64,000 bases of DNA from the human T2T-CHM13v2.0 reference genome, Homo sapiens: the NCBI RefSeq assembly GCF_009914755.1, contig NC_060943.1; one strand, written 5' to 3'. Made by a program: the position numbers and the translations under genes. Shown piece by piece: positions 41,093 through 56,000 of the stretch (position 1 is its first letter; the number at the start of each line of letters is the position of its first letter). The notes beneath the pieces are model-generated. The model was given only the letters and a program-made list of their open reading frames with translations, was not told the origin of the DNA and did no database searches.

Positions 41093-44000
41093 TAATTTGC
41101 AAGTGGAGATTTCAGCCGCTTTGAGGTCAATGGTAGAAAAGGAAATATCTTCGTATAAAAACTAGACAGAATGATTCTCAGAAACTCCTTTGTGATGTGT
41201 GCGTTCAACTCACAGAGTTTAACCTTTCTTTTCATAGAGCAGTTAGGAAACACTCTGTTTGTAAAGTCTGCAAGTGGATATTCAGACATCCTTGAGGCTT
41301 TCGTTGGAAACGGGATTTCTTCATATTCTGCTAGAAAGAAGAATTCTCAGTAACTTCCTTGTGTTGTGTGTATTCAACTCACAGAGTTGAACGATCCTTT
41401 ACACTCAGCAGACTTGAAACACTCTTTTTGTGGAATTTGCAAGTGGAGATTTCAGCCGCTTTGAGGTCAATGGTAGAATAGGAAATATCTTCCTATAGAA
41501 ACTAGACAGAATGATTCTCAGAAACTCCTTTGTGATGTGTGCGTTCAACTCACAGAGTTTATCCTTTCTTTTCATAGAGCAGTTAGGAAACACTCTGTTT
41601 GTAAAGTCTGCATGTGGATATTCAGACATCTTTGAGGCCTTCGTTGGAAACGGGATTTCTTCATGTTCTGCTAGACAGAAGAATTCTCAGAAACTTCCTT
41701 GTGTTGTGTGTTTTCAACTCACAGAGTTGAACGATGCTTTACACAGAGTAGACTTGAAACACTCTTTTTGTGTAATTTGCAAGTGGAGATTTCAGCCGCT
41801 TTGAGGTCAATGGTAGAAAAGGAAATATCTTCGTATAAAAACTAGACAGAATGATTCTCAGAAACTCCTTTGTGATGTGTGCGTTCAACTCACAGAGTTT
41901 AACCTTTCTTTTCATAGAGCAGTTAGGAAACACTCTGTTTGTAAAGTCTGCAAGTGGATATTCAGACCTCCTTGAGGCCTTCGTTGGAAACGGGATTTCT
42001 TCATATTATGCTAGACAGAAGAATTCTCAGAAACTTCCTTGTGTTGTGTGTATTCAACTCACAGAGTTGAACGATCCTTTACACAGAGCAGACTTGAAAC
42101 ACTCTTTTTGTGGAATTTGCAAGTGGAGATTTCAGCCGCTTTGAGGTCAATGGTAGAATAGGAAATATCTTCATATAGAAACTAGACAGAATGATTCTCA
42201 GAAACTCCTTTGTGATGTGTGCGTTCAACTCACACAGTTTAACCTTTCTTTTCATAGAGCAGTTAGGAAACACTCTGTTTGTAAAGTCTGCAAGTGGATA
42301 TTCAGACCTCCTTGAGGCATTCGTTGGAAACGGGATTTCTTCATATTATGCTAGACAGAAGAATTCTCAGTAACTTCCTTGTGTTGTGTGTATTCAACTC
42401 ACAGAGTTGAACGATCCTTTACACAGAGCAGACTTGAAACACTCTTTTTGTGGAATTTGCAAGTGGAGATTTCAGCCGCTTTGAGGTCAATGTTAGAATA
42501 GGAAATATCTTCCTATAGAAACTAGACAGAATGATTCTCAGAACCTCCTTTGTGATGTGTGCGTTCAACTCACAGAGTTTAACCTTTCTTTTCATAGAGC
42601 AGTTAGGAAACACTCTGTTTGTAAAGTCTGCAAGTGGATATTCAGACATCCTTGAGGCTTTCGTTGGAAACGGGATTTCTTCATATTCTGCTAGAAAGAA
42701 GAATTCTCAGTAACTTCCTTGTGTTGTGTGTATTCAACTCACAGAGTTGAACGAACCTTTATACAGAGCAGACTTGAAACACTCTTTTTGTGGAATTTGC
42801 AAGTGGAGATTTCAGCCGCTTTGAGTTCAATGGTAGAAAAGGAAATATCTTCGTATAAAAACTAGACAGAATGATTCTCAGAAACTCCTTTGTGATGTGT
42901 GCGTTCAACTCACAGAGTTTAACCTTTCTTTTCATAGAGCAGTTAGGAAACACTCTGTTTGTAAAGTCTGCAAGTGGATATTCAGACCTCCTTGAGGACT
43001 TCGTTGGAAACGGGATTTCTTCATATTATGCTAGACAGAAGAATTCTCAGTAACTTCCTTGTGTTGTGTGTATTCAACTCACAGAGTTGAACGATCCTTT
43101 ACACAGAGCAGACTTGAAACACTCTTTTTGTGGAATTTGCCAAGTGGAGATTTCAGCCGCTTTGAGGTCAATGGTAGAATAGGAAATATCTTCATATAGA
43201 AACTAGACAGAATGATTCTCAGAAACTCCTTTGTGATGTGTGCGTTCAACTCACACAGTTTAACCTTTCTTTTCATAGAGCAGTTAGGAAACACTCTGTT
43301 TGTAAAGTCTGCAAGTGGATATTCAGACCTCCTTGAGGCATTCGTTGGAAACGGGATTTCTTCATATTATGCTAGACAGAAGAATTCTCAGTAACTTCCT
43401 TGTGTTGTGTGTATTCAACTCACAGAGTTGAACGATCCTTTACACAGAGCAGACTTGAAACACTCTTTTTGTGGAATTTGCAAGTGGAGATTTCAGCCGC
43501 TTTGAGGTCAATGGTAGAATAGGAAATATCTTCCTATAGAAACTAGACAGAATGATTCTCAGAAACTCCTTTGTGATGTGTGCGTTCAACTCACAGAGTT
43601 TAACCTTTCTTTTCATAGAGCAGTTAGGAAACACTCTGTTTGTAAAATCTGCAAGTAGATATTCAGACATCTTTGAGGCCTTCGTTGGAAACGGGATTTC
43701 TTCATGTTCTGCTAGACAGAAGAATTCTCAGAAACTTCCTTGTGTTGTGTGTTTTCAACTCACAGAGTTGAACGATGCTTTACACAGAGTAGACCTGAAA
43801 CACTCTTTTTGTGTAATTTGCAAGTGGAGATTTCAGCCGCTTTGAGGTCAATGGTAGAAAAGGAAATATCTTCGTATAAAAACTAGACAGAATGATTCTC
43901 AGAAACTCCTTTGTGATGTGTGCGTTCAACTCACAGAGTTTAACCTTTCTTTTCATAGAGCAGTTAGGAAACACTCTGTTTGTAAAGTCTGCAAGTGGAT

Positions 44001-46234
44001 ATTCAGACATCCTTGAGGCTTTCGTTGGAAACGGGATTTCTTCATATTCTGCTAGAAAGAAGAATTCTCAGTAACTTCCTTGTGTTGTGTGTATTCAACT
44101 CACAGAGTTGAACGATCCTTTACACTCAGCAGACTTGAAACACTCTTTTTGTGGAATTTGCAAGTGGAGATTTCAGCCGCTTTGAGTTCAAGGGTAGAAT
44201 AGGAAATATCTTCCTATAGAAACTAGACAGAATGATTCTCAGAAACTCCTTTGTGATGTGTGCGTTCAACTCACAGAGTTTATCCTTTCTTTTCATAGAG
44301 CAGTTAGGAAACACTCTGTTTGTAAAGTCTGCATGTGGATATTCAGACATCTTTGAGGCCTTCGTTGGAAACGGGATTTCTTCATGTTCTGCTAGACAGA
44401 AGAATTCTCAGAAACTTCCTTGTGTTGTGTGTTTTCAACTCACAGAGTTGAACGATGCTTTACACAGAGTAGACTTGAAACACTCTTTTTGTGTAATTTG
44501 CAAGTGGAGATTTCAGCCGCTTTGAGGTCAATGGTAGAAAAGGAAATATCTTCGTATAAAAACTAGACAGAATGATTCTCAGAAACTCCTTTGTGATGTG
44601 TGCGTTCAACTCACAGAGTTTAACCTTTCTTTTCATAGAGCAGTTAGGAAACACTCTGTTTGTAAAGTCTGCAAGTGGATATTCAGACCTCCTTGAGGCC
44701 TTCGTTGGAAACGGGATTTCTTCATATTATGCTAGACAGAAGAATTCTCAGAAACTTCCTTGTGTTGTGTGTATTCAACTCACAGAGTTGAACGATCCTT
44801 TACACAGAGCAGACTTGAAACACTCTTTTTGTGGAATTTGCAAGTGGAGATTTCAGCCGCTTTGAGGTCAATGGTAGAATAGGAAATATCTTCATATAGA
44901 AACTAGACAGAATGATTCTCAGAAACTCCTTTGTGATGTGTGCGTTCAACTCACACAGTTTAACCTTTCTTTTCATAGAGCAGTTAGGAAACACTCTGTT
45001 TGTAAAGTCTGCAAGTGGATATTCAGACCTCCTTGAGGCATTCGTTGGAAACGGGATTTCTTCATATTATGCTAGACAGAAGAATTCTCAGTAACTTCCT
45101 TGTGTTGTGTGTATTCAACTCACAGAGTTGAACGATCCTTTACACAGAGCAGACTTGAAACACTCTTTTTGTGGAATTTGCAAGTGGAGATTTCAGCCGC
45201 TTTGAGGTCAATGTTAGAATAGGAAATATCTTCCTATAGAAACTAGACAGAATGATTCTCAGAACCTCCTTTGTGATGTGTGCGTTCAACTCACAGAGTT
45301 TAACCTTTCTTTTCATAGAGCAGTTAGGAAACACTCTGTTTGTAAAGTCTGCAAGTGGATATTCAGACATCCTTGAGGCTTTCGTTGGAAACGGGATTTC
45401 TTCATATTCTGCTAGAAAGAAGAATTCTCAGTAACTTCCTTGTGTTGTGTGTATTCAACTCACAGAGTTGAACGAACCTTTATACAGAGCAGACTTGAAA
45501 CACTCTTTTTGTGGAATTTGCAAGTGGAGATTTCAGCCGCTTTGAGTTCAATGGTAGAAAAGGAAATATCTTCGTATAAAAACTAGACAGAATGATTCTC
45601 AGAAACTCCTTTGTGATGTGTGCGTTCAACTCACAGAGTTTAACCTTTCTTTTCATAGAGCAGTTAGGAAACACTCTGTTTGTAAAGTCTGCAAGTGGAT
45701 ATTCAGACCTCCTTGAGGACTTCGTTGGAAACGGGATTTCTTCATATTATGCTAGACAGAAGAATTCTCAGTAACTTCCTTGTGTTGTGTGTATTCAACT
45801 CACAGAGTTGAACGATCCTTTACACAGAGCAGACTTGAAACACTCTTTTTGTGGAATTTGCCAAGTGGAGATTTCAGCCGCTTTGAGGTCAATGGTAGAA
45901 TAGGAAATATCTTCATATAGAAACTAGACAGAATGATTCTCAGAAACTCCTTTGTGATGTGTGCGTTCAACTCACACAGTTTAACCTTTCTTTTCATAGA
46001 GCAGTTAGGAAACACTCTGTTTGTAAAGTCTGCAAGTGGATATTCAGACCTCCTTGAGGCATTCGTTGGAAACGGGATTTCTTCATATTATGCTAGACAG
46101 AAGAATTCTCAGTAACTTCCTTGTGTTGTGTGTATTCAACTCACAGAGTTGAACGATCCTTTACACAGAGCAGACTTGAAACACTCTTTTTGTGGAATTT
46201 GCAAGTGGAGATTTCAGCCGCTTTGAGGTCAATG
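40693..46234 (+). repeat. Tandem duplication of an 8-dimer unit (2721 bp x2)
   Basis: 40831/43552, 41511/44232, 42531/45252, 42871/45592 and 43212/45933 share markers (AAGTAGAT, CACTCAGC, GCATGTGG, GAACCTTTAT, GGACTT, GCCAAG insertion). Flanking mismatches lie at 40692/43413 and 43514/46235. Confidence 0.93.
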
Positions 46235-49200
46235 TTAGAATAGGAAATATCTTCCTATAGAAACTAGACAGAATGATTCTCAGAACCTCCTTTGTGATGT
46301 GTGCGTTCAACTCACAGAGTTTAACCTTTCTTTTCATAGAGCAGTTAGGAAACACTCTGTTTGTAAAGTCTGCAAGTGGATATTCAGACATCCTTGAGGC
46401 TTTCGTTGGAAACGGGATTTCTTCATATTCTGCTAGAAAGAAGAATTCTCAGTAACTTCCTTGTGTTGTGTGTATTCAACTCACAGAGTTGAACGATCCT
46501 TTACACAGAGCAGACTTGAAACACTCTTTTTGTGGAATTTGCAAGTGGAGATTTCAGCCGCTTTGAGTTCAATGGTAGAATAGGAAATATCTTCCTATAG
46601 AAACTAGACAGAATTATTCTCAGAAACTCCTTTGTGATGTGTGCGTTCAACTCACAGAGTTTAACCTTTCTTTTCATAGAGCAGTTGGGAAACACTCTGT
46701 TTGTAAAGTCTGCAAGTGGATATTCAGACATCCTTGAGGCTTTCGTTGGAAACGGGATTTCTTCATATTCTGCTAGAAAGAAGAATTCTCAGTAACTTCC
46801 TTGTGTTGTGTGTATTCAACTCACAGAGTTGAACGATCCTTTACACAGAGCAGACTTGAAACACTCTTTTTGTGGAATTTGCAAGTGGAGATTTCAGCCG
46901 CTTTGAGGTCAATGGTAGAATAGGAAATATCTTCCTATAGAAACTAGACAGAATGATTCTCAGAAACTCCTTTGTGATGTGTGCGTTCAACTCACAGAGT
47001 TTAACCTTTCTTTTCATAGAGCAGTTAGGAAACACTCTGTTTGTAAAGTCTGCAAGTGGATATTCAGACCTCCTTGAGGCCTTCGTTGGAAACGGGATTT
47101 CTTCATATTATGCTAGACAGAAGAATTCTCAGTAACTTCCTTGTGTTGTGTGTATTCAACTCACAGAGTTGAACGATCCTTTACACAGAGCAGACTTGAA
47201 ACACTCTTTTTGTGGAATTTGCAAGTGGAGATTTCAGCCGCTTTGAGTTCAATGGGAGAATAGGAAATATCTTCCTATAGAAACTAGACAGAATGATTCT
47301 CAGAAACTCCTTTGTGATGTGTGCGTTCAACTCACAGAGTTCAACCTTTCTTTTAATAGAGCAGTTGGGAAACACTCTGTTTGTAAAGTCTGCAAGTGGA
47401 TATTCAGACTTCTTTGAGGCCTTCGTTGGAAGCGGGATTTCTTCATATTCGGCTAGACAGAAGAATTCTCAGTAACTTCCTTGTGTTGTGTGTATTCAAC
47501 TCACAGAGTTGAACGATCCTTTACACAGAGCAGACTTGAAACACTCTTTTTGTGGAATTTGCAAGTGGAGATTTCAGCCGCTTTGAGGTCAATGGTAGAA
47601 TAGGAAATATCTTCCTATAGAAACTAGACAGAATGATTCTCAGAAACTCCTTTGTGATGTGTGCGTTCAACTCACAGAGTTTAACCTTTCTTTTCATAGA
47701 GCAGTTGGGAAACACTCTGTTTGTAAAGTCTGCAAGTGGATATTCAGACATCCTTGAGGCTTTCGTTGGAAACGGGATTTCTTCATATTCTGCTAGAAAG
47801 AAGAATTCTCAGTAACTTCCTTGTGTTGTGTGTATTCAACTCACAGAGTTGAACGATCCTTTACACAGAGCAGACTTGAAACACTCTTTTTGTGGAATTT
47901 GCAAGTGGAGATTTCAGCCGCTTTGAGTTCAATGGTAGAATAGGAAATATCTTCCTATAGAAACTAGACAGAATGATTCTCAGAAACTCCTTTGTGATGT
48001 GTGCGTTCAACTCACAGAGTTCAACCTTTCTTTTCATAGAGCAGTTGGGAAACACTCTGTTTGTAAAGTCTGCAAGTGGATATTCAGACTTCTTTGAGGC
48101 CTTCGTTGGAAGCGGGATTTCTTCATATTCTGCTAGACAGAAGAATTCTCAGTAACTGCCTTGTGTTGTGTGTATTCAACTCACAGAGTTGAACGATCCT
48201 TTACACAGAGCAGACTTGAAACACTCTTTTTGTGGAATTTGCAAGTGGAGATTTCAGCCGCTTTGAGGTCAATGGTAGAATAGGAAATATCTTCCTATAG
48301 AAACTAGACAGAATGATTCTCAGAAACTCCTTTGTGATGTGTGCGTTCAACTCACAGAGTTTACCCTTTCTTTTCATAGAGCAGTTAGGAAACACTCTGT
48401 TTGTAAAGTCTGCAAGTGGATATTCAGACATCCTTGAGGCTTTCGTTGGAAACGGGATTTCTTCATATTCTGCTAGAAAGAAGAATTCTCAGTAACTTCC
48501 TTGTGTTGTGTGTATTCAACTCACAGAGTTGAACGATCCTTTACACAGAGCAGACTTGAAACACTCTTTTTGTGGAATTTGCAAGTGGAGATTTCAGCCG
48601 CTTTGAGTTCAATGGTAGAATAGGAAATATCTTCCTATAGAAACTAGACAGAATGATTCTCAGAAACTCCTTTGTGATGTGTGCGTTCAACTCACAGAGT
48701 TCAACCTTTCTTTTCATAGAGCAGTTGGGAAACACTCTGTTTGTAAAGTCTGCAAGTGGATATTCAGACTTCTTTGAGGCCTTCGTTGGAAGCGGGATTT
48801 CTTCATGTTCTGCTAGACAGAAGAATTCTCAGTAACTGCCTTGTGTTGTGTGTATTCAACTCACAGAGTTGAACGATCCTTTACACAGAGCAGACTTGAA
48901 ACACTCCTTTTGTGGAATTTGCAAGTGGAGATTTCAGCCGCTTTGAGGTCAATGGTAGAATAGGAAATATCTTCCTATAGAAACTAGACAGAATGATTCT
49001 CAGAAACTCCTTTGTGATGTGTGCGTTCAACTCACAGAGTTTAACCTTTCTTTTCATAGAGCAGTTAGGAAACACTCTGTTTGTAAAGTCTGCAAGTGGA
49101 TATTCAGACATCCTTGAGGCTTTCGTTGGAAACGGGATTTCTTCATATTCTGCTAGAAAGAAGAATTCTCAGTAACTTCCTTGTGTTGTGTGTATTCAAC

Positions 49201-50005
49201 TCACAGAGTTGAACGATCCTTTACACAGAGCAGACTTGAAACACTCTTTTTGTGGAATTTGCAAGTGGAGATTTCAGCCGCTTTGAGGTCAATGGTAGAA
49301 TAGGAAATATCTTCCTATAGAAACTAGACAGAATGATTCTCAGAAACTCCTTTGTGATGTGTGCGTTCAACTCACAGAGTTTAACCTTTCTTTTCATAGA
49401 GCAGTTAGGAAACACTCTGTTTGTAAAGTCTGCAAGTGGATATTCAGACATCCTTGAGGCTTTCGTTGGAAACGGGATTTCTTCATATTCTGCTAGAAAG
49501 AAGAATTCTCAGTAACTTCCTTGTGTTGTGTGTATTCAACTCACAGAGTTGAACGATCCTTTACACAGAGCAGACTTGAAACACTCTTTTTGTGGAATTT
49601 GCAAGTGGAGATTTCAGCCGCTTTGAGGTCAATGGTAGAATAGGAAATATCTTCCTATAGAAACTAGACAGAATGATTCTCAGAAACTCCTTTGTGATGT
49701 GTGCGTTCAACTCACAGAGTTTAACCTTTCTTTTCATAGAGCAGTTGGGAAACACTCTGTTTGTAAAGTCTGCAAGTGGATATTCAGACATCCTTGAGGC
49801 ATTCGTTGGAAACGGGATTTCTTCATATTATGCTAGACAGAAGAATTCTCAGTAACTTCCTTGTGTTGTGTGTATTCAACTCACAGAGATGAACGATCCT
49901 TTACACAGAGCAGACTTGAAACACTCTTTTTGTGGAATTTGCAAGTGGAGATTTCAGCCGCTTTGAGGTCAATGGTAGAATAGGAAATATCTTCCTATAG
50001 AAACG

Positions 50006-53000
50006 AGACAGAATGATTCTCAGAAACTCCTTTGTGATGTGTGCGTTCAACTCACACAGTTTAACCTTTCTTTTCATAGAGCAGTTAGGAAACACTCTGT
50101 TTGTAAAGTCTGCAAGTGGATATTCAGACCTCCTTGAGGCATTCGTTGGAAACGGGATTTCTTCATATTATGCTAGACAGAAGAATTCTCAGTAACTTCC
50201 TTGTGTTGTGTGTATTCAACTCACAGAGTTGAACGATCCTTTACACAGAGCAGACTTGAAACACTCTTTTTGTGGAATTTGCAAGTGGAGATTTCAGCCG
50301 CTTTGAGGTCAATGTTAGAATAGGAAATATCTTCCTATAGAAACTAGACAGAATGATTCTCAGAACCTCCTTTGTGATGTGTGCGTTCAACTCACAGAGT
50401 TTAACCTTTCTTTTCATAGAGCAGTTAGGAAACACTCTGTTTGTAAAGTCTGCAAGTGGATATTCAGACATCCTTGAGGCTTTCGTTGGAAACGGGATTT
50501 CTTCATATTCTGCTAGAAAGAAGAATTCTCAGTAACTTCCTTGTGTTGTGTGTATTCAACTCACAGAGTTGAACGATCCTTTACACAGAGCAGACTTGAA
50601 ACACTCTTTTTGTGGAATTTGCAAGTGGAGATTTCAGCCGCTTTGAGTTCAATGGTAGAATAGGAAATATCTTCCTATAGAAACTAGACAGAATGATTCT
50701 CAGAAACTCCTTTGTGATGTGTGCGTTCAACTCACAGAGTTCAACCTTTCTTTTCATAGAGCAGTTGGGAAACACTCTGTTTGTAAAGTCTGCAAGTGGA
50801 TATTCAGACTTCTTTGAGGCCTTCGTTGGAAGCGGGATTTCTTCATGTTCTGCTAGACAGAAGAATTCTCAGAAACTTCCTTGTGTTGTGTGTTTTCAAC
50901 TCACAGAGTTGAACGATCCTTTACACAGAGCAGACTTGAAACACTCTTTTTGTGGAATTTGCAAGTGGAGATTTCAGCCGCTTTGAGGTCAATGGTAGAA
51001 TAGGAAATATCTTCCTATAGAAACTAGACAGAATGATTCTCAGAAACTCCTTTGTGATGTGTGCGTTCAACTCACAGAGTTTAACCTTTCTTTTCATAGA
51101 GCAGTTAGGAAACACTCTGTTTGTAAAATCTGCAAGTAGATATTCAGACATCTATGAGGCCTTCGTTGGAAACGGGATTTCTTCATGTTCTGCTAGACAG
51201 AAGAATTCTCAGAAACTTCCTTGTGTTGTGTGTTTTCAACTCACAGAGTTGAACGATGCTTTACACAGAGTAGACCTGAAACACTCTTTTTGTGTAATTT
51301 GCAAGTGGAGATTTCAGCCGCTTTGAGGTCAATGGTAGAAAAGGAAATATCTTCGTATAAAAACTAGACAGAATGATTCTCAGAAACTCCTTTGTGATGT
51401 GTGCGTTCAACTCACAGAGTTTAACCTTTCTTTTCATAGAGCAGTTAGGAAACACTCTGTTTGTAAAGTCTGCAAGTGGATATTCAGACATCCTTGAGGC
51501 TTTCGTTGGAAACGGGATTTCTTCATATTCTGCTAGAAAGAAGAATTCTCAGTAACTTCCTTGTGTTGTGTGTATTCAACTCACAGAGTTGAACGATCCT
51601 TTACACTCAGCAGACTTGAAACACTCTTTTTGTGGAATTTGCAAGTGGAGATTTCAGCCGCTTTGAGGTCAATGGTAGAATAGGAAATATCTTCCTATAG
51701 AAACTAGACAGAATGATTCTCAGAAACTCCTTTGTGATGTGTGCGTTCAACTCACAGAGTTTATCCTTTCTTTTCATAGAGCAGTTAGGAAACACTCTGT
51801 TTGTAAAGTCTGCATGTGGATATTCAGACATCTTTGAGGCCTTCGTTGGAAACGGGATTTCTTCATGTTCTGCTAGACAGAAGAATTCTCAGAAACTTCC
51901 TTGTGTTGTGTGTTTTCAACTCACAGAGTTGAACGATGCTTTACACAGAGTAGACTTGAAACACTCTTTTTGTGTAATTTGCAAGTGGAGATTTCAGCCG
52001 CTTTGAGGTCAATGGTAGAAAAGGAAATATCTTCGTATAAAAACTAGACAGAATGATTCTCAGAAACTCCTTTGTGATGTGTGCGTTCAACTCACAGAGT
52101 TTAACCTTTCTTTTCATAGAGCAGTTAGGAAACACTCTGTTTGTAAAGTCTGCAAGTGGATATTCAGACCTCCTTGAGGACTTCGTTGGAAACGGGATTT
52201 CTTCATATTATGCTAGACAGAAGAATTCTCAGTAACTTCCTTGTGTTGTGTGTATTCAACTCACAGAGTTGAACGATCCTTTACACAGAGCAGACTTGAA
52301 ACACTCTTTTTGTGGAATTTGCAAGTGGAGATTTCAGCCGCTTTGAGGTCAATGGTAGAATAGGAAATATCTTCATATAGAAACTAGACAGAATGATTCT
52401 CAGAAACTCCTTTGTGATGTGTGCGTTCAACTCACACAGTTTAACCTTTCTTTTCATAGAGCAGTTAGAAAACACTCTGTTTGTAAAGTCTGCAAGTGGA
52501 TATTCAGACCTCCTTGAGGCATTCGTTGGAAACGGGATTTCTTCATATTATGCTAGACAGAAGAATTCTCAGTAACTTCCTTGTGTTGTGTGTATTCAAC
52601 TCACAGAGTTGAACGATCCTTTACACAGAGCAGACTTGAAACACTCTTTTTGTGGAATTTGCAAGTGGAGATTTCAGCCGCTTTGAGGTCAATGTTAGAA
52701 TAGGAAATATCTTCCTATAGAAACTAGACAGAATGATTCTCAGAACCTCCTTTGTGATGTGTGCGTTCAACTCACAGAGTTTAACCTTTCTTTTCATAGA
52801 GCAGTTAGGAAACACTCTGTTTGTAAAGTCTGCAAGTGGATATTCAGACATCCTTGAGGCTTTCGTTGGAAACGGGATTTCTTCATATTCTGCTAGAAAG
52901 AAGAATTCTCAGTAACTTCCTTGTGTTGTGTGTATTCAACTCACAGAGTTGAACGATCCTTTACACAGAGCAGACTTGAAACACTCTTTTTGTGGAATTT

Positions 53001-56000
53001 GCCAAGTGGAGATTTCAGCCGCTTTGAGGTCAATGGTAGAATAGGAAATATCTTCATATAGAAACTAGACAGAATGATTCTCAGAAACTCCTTTGTGATG
53101 TGTGCGTTCAACTCACACAGTTTAACCTTTCTTTTCATAGAGCAGTTAGGAAACACTCTGTTTGTAAAGTCTGCAAGTGGATATTCAGACATCCTTGAGG
53201 CTTTCGTTGGAAACGGGATTTCTTCATATTCTGCTAGAAAGAAGAATTCTCAGTAACTTCCTTGTGTTGTGTGTATTCAACTCACAGAGTTGAACGATCC
53301 TTTACACAGAGCAGACTTGAAACACTCTTTTTGTGGAATTTGCCAAGTGGAGATTTCAGCCGCTTTGAGGTCAATGGTAGAATAGGAAATATCTTCATAT
53401 AGAAACTAGACAGAATGATTCTCAGAAACTCCTTTGTGATGTGTGCGTTCAACTCACACAGTTTAACCTTTCTTTTCATAGAGCAGTTAGGAAACACTCT
53501 GTTTGTAAAGTCTGCAAGTGGATATTCAGACCTCCTTGAGGCATTCGTTGGAAACGGGATTTCTTCATATTATGCTAGACAGAAGAATTCTCAGTAACTT
53601 CCTTGTGTTGTGTGTATTCAACTCACAGAGTTGAACGATCCTTTACACAGAGCAGACTTGAAACACTCTTTTTGTGGAATTTGCAAGTGGAGATTTCAGC
53701 CGCTTTGAGGTCAATGTTAGAATAGGAAATATCTTCCTATAGAAACTAGACAGAATGATTCTCAGAACCTCCTTTGTGATGTGTGCGTTCAACTCACAGA
53801 GTTTAACCTTTCTTTTCATAGAGCAGTTAGGAAACACTCTGTTTGTAAAGTCTGCAAGTGGATATTCAGACATCCTTGAGGCTTTCGTTGGAAACGGGAT
53901 TTCTTCATATTCTGCTAGAAAGAAGAATTCTCAGTAACTTCCTTGTGTTGTGTGTATTCAACTCACAGAGTTGAACGATCCTTTACACAGAGCAGACTTG
54001 AAACACTCTTTTTGTGGAATTTGCAAGTGGAGATTTCAGCCGCTTTGAGTTCAATGGTAGAATAGGAAATATCTTCCTATAGAAACTAGACAGAATGATT
54101 CTCAGAAACTCCTTTGTGATGTGTGCGTTCAACTCACAGAGTTCAACCTTTCTTTTCATAGAGCAGTTGGGAAACACTCTGTTTGTAAAGTCTGCAAGTG
54201 GATATTCAGACTTCTTTGAGGCCTTCGTTGGAAGCGGGATTTCTTCATGTTCTGCTAGACAGAAGAATTCTCAGAAACTTCCTTGTGTTGTGTGTTTTCA
54301 ACTCACAGAGTTGAACGATCCTTTACACAGAGCAGACTTGAAACACTCTTTTTGTGGAATTTGCAAGTGGAGATTTCAGCCGCTTTGAGGTCAATGGTAG
54401 AATAGGAAATATCTTCCTATAGAAACTAGACAGAATGATTCTCAGAAACTCCTTTGTGATGTGTGCGTTCAACTCACAGAGTTTAACCTTTCTTTTCATA
54501 GAGCAGTTAGGAAACACTCTGTTTGTAAAATCTGCAAGTAGATATTCAGACATCTATGAGGCCTTCGTTGGAAACGGGATTTCTTCATGTTCTGCTAGAC
54601 AGAAGAATTCTCAGAAACTTCCTTGTGTTGTGTGTTTTCAACTCACAGAGTTGAACGATGCTTTACACAGAGTAGACCTGAAACACTCTTTTTGTGTAAT
54701 TTGCAAGTGGAGATTTCAGCCGCTTTGAGGTCAATGGTAGAAAAGGAAATATCTTCGTATAAAAACTAGACAGAATGATTCTCAGAAACTCCTTTGTGAT
54801 GTGTGCGTTCAACTCACAGAGTTTAACCTTTCTTTTCATAGAGCAGTTAGGAAACACTCTGTTTGTAAAGTCTGCAAGTGGATATTCAGACATCCTTGAG
54901 GCTTTCGTTGGAAACGGGATTTCTTCATATTCTGCTAGAAAGAAGAATTCTCAGTAACTTCCTTGTGTTGTGTGTATTCAACTCACAGAGTTGAACGATC
55001 CTTTACACTCAGCAGACTTGAAACACTCTTTTTGTGGAATTTGCAAGTGGAGATTTCAGCCGCTTTGAGGTCAATGGTAGAATAGGAAATATCTTCCTAT
55101 AGAAACTAGACAGAATGATTCTCAGAAACTCCTTTGTGATGTGTGCGTTCAACTCACAGAGTTTATCCTTTCTTTTCATAGAGCAGTTAGGAAACACTCT
55201 GTTTGTAAAGTCTGCATGTGGATATTCAGACATCTTTGAGGCCTTCGTTGGAAACGGGATTTCTTCATGTTCTGCTAGACAGAAGAATTCTCAGAAACTT
55301 CCTTGTGTTGTGTGTTTTCAACTCACAGAGTTGAACGATGCTTTACACAGAGTAGACTTGAAACACTCTTTTTGTGTAATTTGCAAGTGGAGATTTCAGC
55401 CGCTTTGAGGTCAATGGTAGAAAAGGAAATATCTTCGTATAAAAACTAGACAGAATGATTCTCAGAAACTCCTTTGTGATGTGTGCGTTCAACTCACAGA
55501 GTTTAACCTTTCTTTTCATAGAGCAGTTAGGAAACACTCTGTTTGTAAAGTCTGCAAGTGGATATTCAGACCTCCTTGAGGACTTCGTTGGAAACGGGAT
55601 TTCTTCATATTATGCTAGACAGAAGAATTCTCAGTAACTTCCTTGTGTTGTGTGTATTCAACTCACAGAGTTGAACGATCCTTTACACAGAGCAGACTTG
55701 AAACACTCTTTTTGTGGAATTTGCAAGTGGAGATTTCAGCCGCTTTGAGGTCAATGGTAGAATAGGAAATATCTTCATATAGAAACTAGACAGAATGATT
55801 CTCAGAAACTCCTTTGTGATGTGTGCGTTCAACTCACACAGTTTAACCTTTCTTTTCATAGAGCAGTTAGAAAACACTCTGTTTGTAAAGTCTGCAAGTG
55901 GATATTCAGACCTCCTTGAGGCATTCGTTGGAAACGGGATTTCTTCATATTATGCTAGACAGAAGAATTCTCAGTAACTTCCTTGTGTTGTGTGTATTCA

